Assembly (NCBI GenBank): GCA_002189035.1
Contig: NEEC01000394.1
Span: 1 to 27,234 of the forward strand
Origin: Utricularia gibba
Lineage: Eukaryota > Plantae > Magnoliophyta
Reading direction: 5' to 3'
Length of the DNA: 27,234 nt
The position numbers and the translations under genes are program-made. Below, in pieces: positions 10,201 through 20,870 of this stretch (its first letter is position 1; each line of letters opens with the position of its first letter). Under the pieces are notes generated by a model that was given only the letters and a program-made list of their open reading frames with translations, was not told the origin of the DNA and did not search any database.

Positions 10201-13200
10201 ACAACTTTTCCTTGAAAAAGCATGTAGGCAGCCGCCGAAAACCCAACGTTAATAAATGCATCACTTTTTTGGCCGGGCTACAAATGACTATGGGCCAGAG
10301 CGCGACTCGACCATTTGCTCGATACTAGTGCCAGCCTAGAGCACCTCGTCAAATATAAATCAGGTTGTTGAGAAAACCATTTGGGGCGCTCATGACATCC
10401 TAACTTCATTAAATGCATCACGATTTTCATCGAGTAGGACCCGATTGGGCTCAGGAGCCAGACCAAACCTTGGGCCCTTACAAAGCTGCCAACGACAGCA
10501 CCCGCCTTAAAACGGCAAGCTGTTGCTTGAAAAACCATTTAGGCAGCCGCCGAAAACCCAACGTTGATAAATGCATCACTTATTTTCCGGGCTACAACTG
10601 ACTATGGGCGTGAGCCCGACCCGACGGCCCAATCCAAAACCCCCCGAGAGCGCCTTCTCAATATAAAGTAGAGTGTGGAGAAAACCCATTGGGGTTCTCA
10701 TGACATCCTAACAAAAGCAAATGCATCACGATTTTCATCGAGTAGGACCCGATTGGGCTCAGGAGCCTGACCGAACCTTGGGCCCTTACAAAGCTGCCAA
10801 CGACAGCACCCGCCTTAAAACGGCAAGCTGTTGCTTGAAAAACCATGTGGGCAGCCGCCGACAACCCAACGTTAATAAATGCATCACTTCTTTTGACGGG
10901 CTACAGCTGACTTTGGGCCCGAGCTCGACCCGAATTCCGGCCCGATCTCGGTGACCCACAAAAGCGCCTTCTCAAGTGTATAAGCATGCTGTTGAAAAAA
11001 GCATTTGGGGTGGTCATGAGATCCTAACTTCAATAAAGGTATCACGATTTTCGTCGAATGGGACCTTATTGTGCTGTGAAGTCAGACCGAACCTTGGGTC
11101 CGGACGAAGTTCCCAACAACAGCACCCGCCAAAAAACGACAACTTTTCCTTGAAAAAGCATGTAGGCAGCCGCCGAAAACCCAACGTTAATAAATGCATC
11201 ACTTTTTTGGCCGGGCTACAAATGACTATGGGCCAGAGCGCGACTCGACCATTTGCTCGATACTAGTGCCAGCCTAGAGCACCTCGTCAAATATAAATCA
11301 GGTTGTTGAGAAAACCATTTGGGGCGCTCATGACATCCTAACTTCATTAAATGCATCACGATTTTCATCGAGTAGGACCCGATTGGGCTCAGGAGCCAGA
11401 CCAAACCTTGGGCCCTTACAAAGCTGCCAACGACAGCACCCGCCTTAAAACGGCAAGCTGTTGCTTGAAAAACCATTTAGGCAGCCGCCGAAAACCCAAC
11501 GTTGATAAATGCATCACTTATTTTCCGGGCTACAACTGACTATGGGCATGAGCCCGACCCGACCTCTGGCCCAATCCCAAACCCCCCGAGAGCGCCTTCT
11601 CAAATATAAAGTAGAGTGTGGAGAAAACCCATTGGGGTTCTCATGACATCCTAACAAAAGCAAATGCATCACGATTTTCATCGAGTAGGACCCGATTGGG
11701 CTCAGGAGCCTGACCGAACCTTGGGCCTTACAAAGCTGCCAACGACAGCACCCGCCTTAAAACGGCAAGCTGTTGCTTGAAAAACCATGTGGGCAGCCGC
11801 CGACAACCCAACGTTAATAAATGCATCACTTCTTTTGACGGGCTACAGCTGACTTTGTCCCAAGCCGACCGAATTCCGGCCCGATCTCGGTGACCCACAA
11901 AAGCGCCTTCTCAAGTTTAAAGCATGCTGTTGAAAAAAGCATTTGGGGTCATGAGATCCTAACTTCAATAAAGGTATCACGATTTTCGTCGAATGGGACC
12001 TTATTGTGCTGTGAAGTCAGACCGAACCTTGGGTCCGGACGAAGTTCCCAACAACAGCACCCGCCAAAAAACGACAACTTTTCCTTGAAAAAGCATGTAG
12101 GCAGCCGCCGAAAACCCAACGTTAATAAATGCATCACTTTTTTGGCCGGGCTACAAATGACTATGGGCCAGAGCGCGACTCGACCATTTGCTCGATACTA
12201 GTGCCAGCCTAGAGCACCTCGTCAAATATAAATCAGGTTGTTGAGAAAACCATTTGGGGCGCTCATGACATCCTAACTTCATTAAATGCATCACGATTTT
12301 CATCGAGTAGGACCCGATTGGGCTCAGGAGCCAGACCAAACCTTGGGCCCTTACAAAGCTGCCAACGACAGCACCCGCCTTAAAACGGCAAGCTGTTGCT
12401 TGAAAAACCATTTAGGCAGCCGCCGAAAACCCAACGTTGATAAATGCATCATTTTTTTCCGGGCTACAACTGACTATGGGCAAGCCCGACCCGACCTCTG
12501 GCCCAATCCCAACCCCCCGAGAGCGCCTTCTCAAATATAAAGTAGAGTGTGGAGAAAACCCATTGGGGTTCTCATGACATCCTAACAAAAGCAAATGCAT
12601 CACGATTTTCATCGAGTAGGACCCGATTGGGCTCAGGAGCCAGACCGAACCTTGGGCCTTACAAAGCTGCCAACGACAGCACCCGCCTTAAAACGGCAAG
12701 CTGTTGCTTGAAAAACCATGTGGGCAGCCGCCGACAACCCAACGTTAATAAATGCATCACTTCTTTTGACGGGCTACAGCTGACTTTGTCCCAGCCCGAC
12801 CCGAATTCCGGCCCGATCTGGGTGACCCACAAAAGCGCCTTCTCAAGTTTAAAGCATGCTGTTGAAAAAAGCATTTGGGGTGGTCATGAGATCCTAACTT
12901 CAATAAAGGTATCACGATTTTCGTCGAATGGGACCTTATTGTGCTGTGAAGTCAGACCGAACCTTGGGTCCGGACGAAGTTCCCAACAACAGCACCCGCC
13001 AAAAAACGACAACTTTTCCTTGAAAAAGCATGTAGGCAGCCGCCGAAAACCCAACGTTAATAAATGCATCACTTTTTTGGCCGGGCTACAAATGACTATG
13101 GGCCAGAGCGCGACTCGACCATTTGCTCGATACTAGTGCCAGCTAGAGCACCTCGTCAAATATAAAATCAGGTTGTTGAGAAAACCATTTGGGGCGCTCA

Positions 13201-15049
13201 TGACATCCTAACTTCATTAAATGCATCACGATTTTCATCGAGTAGGACCCGATTGGGCTCAGGAGCCAGACCAAACCTTGGGCCCTTACAAAGCTGCCAA
13301 CGACAGCACCCGCCTTAAAACGGCAAGCTGTTGCTTGAAAAACCATTTAGGCAGCCGCCGAAAACCCAACGTTGATAAATGCATCACTTATTTTCCGGGC
13401 TACAACTGACTATGGGCGTGAGCCCGACCCGACCTCTGGCCCAATCCCAAAACCCCCCGAGAGCGCCTTCTCAAATATAAAGTAGAGTGTGGAGAAAACC
13501 CATTGGGGTTCTCATGACATCCTAACAAAAGCAAATGCATCACGATTTTCATCGAGTAGGACCCGATTGGCTCAGGAGCCAGACCGAACCTTGGGCCCTT
13601 ACAAAGCTGCCAACGACAGCACCCGCCTTAAAACGGCAAGCTGTTGCTTGAAAAACCATGTGGGCAGCCGCCGACAACCCAACGTTAATAAATGCATCAC
13701 TTCTTTTGTCGGGCTACACTGACTTTGGGCCCGAGCTCGACCCGAATTCCGGCCGATCTCGGTGACCCACAAAAGCGCCTTCTCAAGTGTATAGCATGCT
13801 GTTGAAAAAAGCATTTGGGGTGGTCATGAGATCCTAACTTCAATAAAGGTATCACGATTTTCGTCGAATGGGACCTTATTGTGCTGTGAAGTCAGACCGA
13901 ACCTTGGGTCCGGACGAAGTTCCCAACAACAGCACCCGCCAAAAAACGACAACTTTTCCTTGAAAAAGCATGTAGGCAGCCGCCGAAAACCCAACGTTAA
14001 TAAATGCATCACTTTTTTGGCCGGGCTACAAATGACTATGGGCCAGAGCGCGACTCGACCATTTGCTCGATACTAGTGCCAGCCTAGAGCACCTCGTCAA
14101 ATATAAATCAGGTTGTTGAGAAAACCATTTGGGGCGCTCATGACATCCTAACTTCATTAAATGCATCACGATTTTCATCGAGTAGGACCCGATTGGGCTC
14201 AGGAGCCAGACCAAACCTTGGGCCTTACAAAGCTGCCAACGACAGCACCCGCCTTAAAACGGCAAGCTGTTGCTTGAAAAACCATTTAGGCAGCCGCCGA
14301 AAACCCAACGTTGAAAATGCATCACTTATTTTCCGGGCTACAACTGACTATGGGCATGAGCCCGACCCGACCAATCGAGAGCGCCTTCTCAAATATAAAG
14401 TAGAGTGTGGAGAAAACCCATTGGGGTTCTCATGACATCCTAAGCAAATGCATCACGATTTTCATCGAGTAGGACCCGATTGGGCTCAGGAGCCAGACCG
14501 AACCTTGGCCTTACAAAGCTGCCAACGACAGCACCCGCCTTAAAACGGCAAGCTGTTGCTTGAAAAACCATGTGGGCAGCCGCCGACAACCCAACGTTAA
14601 TAAATGCATCACTTCTTTTGACGGGCTACAGCTGACTTTGGCCCGAGCCCGACCCGAATTCCGGCCCGATCTCGGTGACCCACAAAAGCGCCTTCTCAGT
14701 GTATAGCATGCTGTTGAAAAAAGCATTTGGGGTGGTCATGAGATCCTAACTTCAATAAAGGTATCACGATTTTCGTCGAATGGGACCTTATTGTGCTGTG
14801 AAGTCAGACCGAACCTTGGGTCCGGACGAAGTTCCCAACAACAGCACCCGCCAAAAAACGACAACTTTTCCTTGAAAAAGCATGTAGGCAGCCGCCGAAA
14901 ACCCAACGTTAATAAATGCATCACTTTTTTGGCCGGGCTACAATGACTATGGGCCAGAGCGCGACTCGACCATTTGCTCGATACTAGTGCCAGCCTAGAG
15001 CACCTCGTCAAATATAAATCAGGTTGTTGAGAAAACCATTTGGGGCGCT

Positions 15050-15363
15050 CATGACATCCTAACTTCATTAAATGCATCACGATTTTCATCGAGTAGGACC
15101 CGATTGGGCTCAGGAGCCAGACCAAACCTTGGGCCCTTACAAAGCTGCCAACGACAGCACCCGCCTTAAAACGGCAAGCTGTTGCTTGAAAAACCATTTA
15201 GGCAGCCGCCGAAAACCCAACGTTGATAAATGCATCACTTATTTTCCGGGCTACAACTGACTATGGGCGTGAGCCCGACCCGACCTCTGGCCCAATCCCA
15301 AAACCCCCCGAGAGCGCCTTCTCAAATATAAAGTAGAGTGTGGAGAAAACCCATTGGGGTTCT
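15050..15363. repeat. Representative monomer B' (314 bp), trimer-specific
   Basis: First ~148 bp match B. It then diverges: CATTTAGG, GTTGATAAATG, CACTTATTTTCCGGG, CCCAATCCCAAAACCCCCC, AAAGTAGAGTGTGGAG, CATTGGGGTTCT. Confidence 0.93.
15274..15309 (-). other. B'-specific G-run cluster (putative G-quadruplex on minus strand, i-motif-type C-runs on plus strand); one per intact trimer
   Basis: Minus strand reads GGGGGG-TTTT-GGG-ATT-GGG-CCAGAGGTC-GGG-TC-GGG. It has five G3+ runs, but one loop is 9 nt, so it fails the strict G3N1-7 rule and passes relaxed rules. Similar copies at ~11553-11587 and ~13423-13458. Confidence 0.4.
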
Positions 15364-15676
15364 CATGACATCCTAACAAAAGCAAATGCATCACGATTTT
15401 CATCGAGTAGGACCCGATTGGCTCAGGAGCCAACCGAACCTTGGGCCCTTACAAAGCTGCCAACGACAGCACCCGCCTTAAAACGGCAAGCTGTTGCTTG
15501 AAAAACCATGTGGGCAGCCGCCGACAACCCAACGTTAATAAATGCATCACTTCTTTTGACGGGCTACAGCTGACTTTGTCCCCGAGCCCGACCCGAATTC
15601 CGGCCCGATCTCGGGTGACCCACAAAAGCGCCTTCTCAAGTTTAAAGCATGCTGTTGAAAAAAGCATTTGGGTGGT
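15364..15676. repeat. Representative monomer C (313 bp), trimer-specific
   Basis: Nearly B-like but with CTAACAAAAGCAAATGC instead of CTAACTTCATTAAATGC and ACCGAACC instead of ACCAAACC. The 3' half is B-type (CATGTGGG...GAATTCC...GCATGC). Confidence 0.93.
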
Positions 15677-16924
15677 CATGAGATCCTAACTTCAATAAAG
15701 GTATCACGATTTTCGTCGAATGGGACCTTATTGTGCTGTGAAGTCAGACCGAACCTTGGGTCCGGACGAAGTTCCCAACAACAGCACCCGCCAAAAAACG
15801 ACAACTTTTCCTTGAAAAAGCATGTAGGCAGCCGCCGAAAACCCAACGTTAATAAATGCATCACTTTTTTGGCCGGGCTACAAATGACTATGGGCCAGAG
15901 CGCGACTCGACCATTTGCTCGATACTAGTGCCAGCCTAGAGCACCTCGTCAAATATAAATCAGGTTGTTGAGAAACCATTTGGGGCGCTCATGACATCCT
16001 AACTTCATTAAATGCATCACGATTTTCATCGAGTAGGACCCGATTGGGCTCAGGAGCCAGACCAAACCTTGGGCCCTTACAAAGCTGCCAACGACAGCAC
16101 CCGCCTTAAAACGGCAAGCTGTTGCTTGAAAAACCATTTAGGCAGCCGCCGAAAACCCAACGTTGATAAATGCATCACTTATTTTCCGGGCTACAACTGA
16201 CTATGGGAGCCCGACCCGACCTGGCCCAATCCCAAACCCCCCGAGAGCGCCTTCTCAAATATAAAGTAGAGTGTGGAGAAAACCCATTGGGGTTCTCATG
16301 ACATCCTAACAAAAGCAAATGCATCACGATTTTCATCGAGTAGGACCCGATTGGCTCAGGAGCCAGACCGAACCTTGGGCCCTTACAAAGCTGCCAACGA
16401 CAGCACCCGCCTTAAAACGGCAAGCTGTTGCTTGAAAAACCATGTGGGCAGCCGCCGACAACCCAACGTTAATAAATGCATCACTTCTTTTGTCGGGCTA
16501 CAGCTGACTTTGGGCCCGAGCCGACCCGAATTCCGGCCCGATCTCGGTGACCCACAAAAGCGCCTTCTCAAGTGTATAGCATGCTGTTGAAAAAAGCATT
16601 TGGGGTGGTCATGAGATCCTAACTTCAATAAAGGTATCACGATTTTCGTCGAATGGGACCTTATTGTGCTGTGAAGTCAGACCGAACCTTGGGTCCGGAC
16701 GAAGTTCCCAACAACAGCACCCGCCAAAAAAACGACAACTTTTCCTTGAAAAAGCATGTAGGCAGCCGCCGAAAACCCAACGTTAATAAATGCATCACTT
16801 TTTTGGCCGGGCTACAAATGACTATGGGCCAGAGCGCGACTCGACCATTTGCTCGATACTAGTGCCAGCCTAGAGCACCTCGTCAAATATAAATCAGGTT
16901 GTTGAGAAAACCATTTGGGGCGCT

Positions 16925-17236
16925 CATGACATCCTAACTTCATTAAATGCATCACGATTTTCATCGAGTAGGACCCGATTGGGCTCAGGAGCCAGACCAA
17001 ACCTTGGGCCCTTACAAAGCTGCCAACGACAGCACCCGCCTTAAAACGGCAAGCTGTTGCTTGAAAAACCATTTAGGCAGCCGCCGAAAACCCAACGTTG
17101 ATAAATGCATCACTTATTTTCCGGGCTACACTGACTATGGGCATGAGCCCGACCCGAATTCCGGCCCGATCTCGGTGACCCACAAAAGCGCCTCTCAAGT
17201 GTATAGCATGCTGTTGAAAAAAGCATTTGGGGTGGT
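16925..17236. repeat. Recombinant B'/B(C) monomer that interrupts the trimer block with a dimer
   Basis: B'-type through CTATGGGCATGAGCCCGACCCGA (~17160), then switches to ATTCCGGCCCGATCTCGGTGACC (B/C 3' end) and is followed directly by A at 17237. Confidence 0.85.
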
Positions 17237-20200
17237 CATGAGATCCTAACTTCAATAAAGGTATCACGATTTTCGTCGAATGGGACCTTATTGTGCTGTG
17301 AAGTCAGACCGAACCTTGGGTCCGGACGAAGTTCCCAACAACAGCACCCGCCAAAAAACGACAACTTTTCCTTGAAAAAGCATGTAGGCAGCCGCCGAAA
17401 ACCCAACGTTAATAAATGCATCACTTTTTTGGCCGGGCTACAAATGACTATGGGCCAGAGCGCGACTCGACCATTTGCTCGATACTAGTGCCAGCCTAGA
17501 GCACCTCGTCAAATATAAATCAGGTTGTTGAGAAAACCATTTGGGGCGCTCATGACATCCTAACTTCATTAAATGCATCACGATTTTCATCGAGTAGGAC
17601 CCGATTGGGCTCAGGAGCCAGACCAAACCTTGGGCCCTTACAAAGCTGCCAACGACAGCACCCGCCTTAAAACGGCAAGCTGTTGCTTGAAAAACCATTT
17701 AGGCAGCCGCCGAAAACCCAACGTTGATAAATGCATCACTTATTTTCCGGGCTACAACTGACTATGGAGCCCGACCCGACCTCCGAGAGCGCCTTCTCAA
17801 ATATAAAGTAGAGTGTGGAGAAAACCCATTGGGGTTCTCATGACATCCTAACAAAAGCAAATGCATCACGATTTTCATCGAGTAGGACCCGATTGGCTCA
17901 GGAGCCAGACCGAACCTTGGCCCTTACAAAGCTGCCAACGACAGCACCCGCCTTAAAACGGCAAGCTGTTGCTTGAAAAACCATGTGGGCAGCCGCCGAC
18001 AACCCAACGTTAATAAATGCATCACTTCTTTTGACGGGCTACAGCTGACTTTGGGCCCGAGCCGACCCGAATTCCGGCCCGATCTCGGTGACCCACAAAA
18101 GCGCCTTCTCAAGTTATAGCATGCTGTTGAAAAAAGCATTTGGGGTGGTCATGAGATCCTAACTTCAATAAAGGTATCACGATTTTCGTCGAATGGGACC
18201 TTATTGTGCTGTGAAGTCAGACCGAACCTTGGGTCCGGACGAAGTTCCCAACAACAGCACCCGCCAAAAAACGACAACTTTTCCTTGAAAAAGCATGTAG
18301 GCAGCCGCCGAAAACCCAACGTTAATAAATGCATCACTTTTTTGGCCGGGCTACAAATGACTATGGGCCAGAGCGCGACTCGACCATTTGCTCGATACTA
18401 GTGCCAGCCTAGAGCACCTCGTCAAATATAAATCAGGTTGTTGAGAAAACCATTTGGGGCGCTCATGACATCCTAACTCATTAAATGCATCACGATTTTC
18501 ATCGAGTAGGACCCGATTGGGCTCAGGAGCCAGACCAAACCTTGGGCCCTTACAAAGCTGCCAACGACAGCACCCGCCTTAAAACGGCAAGCTGTTGCTT
18601 GAAAAACCATTTAGGCAGCCGCCGAAAACCCAACGTTGATAAATGCATCACTTATTTTCGGGCTACAACTGACTATGGGTGAGCCCGACCGACAATCCAA
18701 AACCCAGAGCGCCTTCTCAAATATAAAGTAGAGTGTGGAGAAAACCCATTGGGGTTCTCATGACATCCTAACAAAAGCAAATGCATCACGATTTTCATCG
18801 AGTAGGACCCGAATGAAACCTTGGGCCTTACAAAGCTGCCAACGACAGCACCCGCCTTAAAACGGCAAGCTGTTGCTTGAAAAACCATGTGGGCAGCCGC
18901 CGACAACCCAACGTTAATAAATGCATCACTTCTTTTGACGGGCTATGACTTTGTCCCCCAAGCCCGACCGAATTCCGGCCCGATCTGGGTGACCCACAAA
19001 AGCGCCTTCTCAAGTTTAAAGCATGCTGTTGAAAAAAGCATTTGGGGTGGTCATGAGATCCTAACTTCAATAAAGGTATCACGATTTTCGTCGAATGGGA
19101 CCTTATTGTGCTGTGAAGTCAGACCGAACCTTGGGTCCGGACGAAGTTCCCAACAACAGCACCCGCCAAAAAACGACAACTTTTCCTTGAAAAAGCATGT
19201 AGGCAGCCGCCGAAAACCCAACGTTAATAAATGCATCACTTTTTTGGCCGGGCTACAAATGACTATGGGCCAGAGCGCGACTCGACCATTTGCTCGATAC
19301 TAGTGCCAGCCTAGAGCACCTCGTCAAATATAAATCAGGTTGTTGAGAAAACCATTTGGGGCGCTCATGACATCCTAACTTCATTAAATGCATCACGATT
19401 TTCATCGAGTAGGACCCGATTGGGCTCAGGAGCCAGACCAAACCTTGGGCCCTTACAAAGCTGCCAACGACAGCACCCGCCTTAAAACGGCAAGCTGTTG
19501 CTTGAAAAACCATTTAGGCAGCCGCCGAAAACCCAACGTTGATAAATGCATCACTTATTTTCCGGGCTACTGACTATGGGCGTGAGCCCGACCCGACCTT
19601 GAGAGCGCCTTCTCAAATATAAAGTAGAGTGTGGAGAAAACCCATTGGGGTTCTCATGACATCCTAACAAAAGCAAATGCATCACGATTTTCATCGAGTA
19701 GGACCCGATTGGCTCAGGAGCCAGACCGAACCTTGGCCTTACAAAGCTGCCAACGACAGCACCCGCCTTAAAACGGCAAGCTGTTGCTTGAAAAACCATG
19801 TGGGCAGACCCAACGTTAATAAATGCATCACTTCTTTTGACGGGCTACAGCTGACTTTGGGCCCGAGCCGACCCGAATTCCGGCCCGATCTCGGTGACCC
19901 ACAAAAGCGCCTTCTCAAGTGTATAGCATGCTGTTGAAAAAAGCATTTGGGGTGGTCATGAGATCCTAACTTCAATAAAGGTATCACGATTTTCGTCGAA
20001 TGGGACCTTATTGTGCTGTGAAGTCAGACCGAACCTTGGGTCCGGACGAAGTTCCCAACAACAGCACCGCCAAAAAACGACAACTTTTCCTTGAAAAAGC
20101 ATGTAGGCAGCCGCCGAAAACCCAACGTTAATAAATGCATCACTTTTTTGGCCGGGCTACAAATGACTATGGGCCAGAGCGCGACTCGACCATTTGCTCG

Positions 20201-20870
20201 ATACTAGTGCCAGCCTAGAGCACCTCGTCAAATATAAATCAGGTTGTTGAGAAAACCATTTGGGGCGCTCATGACATCCTAACTTCATTAAATGCATCAC
20301 GATTTTCATCGAGTAGGACCCGATTGGGCTCAGGAGCCAGACCAAACCTTGGGCCCTTACAAAGCTGCCAACAGCACCCGCCTTAAAACGGCAAGCTGTT
20401 GCTTGAAAAACCATTTAGGCAGCCGCCGAAAACCAACGTTGATAAATGCATCACTTATTTTCCGGGCTACAACTGACTATGGGCGTGAGCCCGACCCGAC
20501 CTGGCCCAATCCCAAAACCCCCGAGAGCGCCTTCTCAATATAAAGTAGAGTGTGGAGAAAACCCATTGGGGTTCTCATGACATCCTAACAAAGCAAATGC
20601 ATCACGATTTTCATCGAGTAGGACCCTCAGGAGCCCGAACCTTGGGCCCTTACAAAGCTGCCAACGACAGCACCCGCCTTAAAACGGCAAGCTGTTGCTT
20701 GAAAAACCATGTGGGCAGCCGCCGACAACCAACGTTAATAAATGCATCACTTCTTTTGACGGGCTACAGCTGACTTTGTCCGCCCGACCCGAATTCGGCC
20801 CGATCTCGGTGACCCAAAAAGCGCCTTCTCAAGTTTAAAGCATGCTGTTGAAAAAAGCATTTGGGGTGGT

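Larger units (their letters stand above)
9142..20870. repeat. Middle domain: A-B'-C trimer HOR (~900-940 bp), 12 copies plus one dimer
   Basis: A starts at 9142, 10077, 11015, 11950, 12885, 13825, 14737, 15677, [16610 dimer], 17237, 18150, 19052, 19957. Each trimer contains CATTTAGG...AAAGTAGAGTGTGGAGAAAACCCATTGG (B') followed by the C-type start (CCTAACAAAAGCAAATGC in most copies, partly deleted in some). Confidence 0.95.

Noticed and set aside
11553-11587. True telomeric repeat tract
   Set aside because: There are only two degenerate units (CCCAAT, CCCAAA) and no exact CCCTAAA or CCCTAA array; kept only as a weak remark in the G4 finding.
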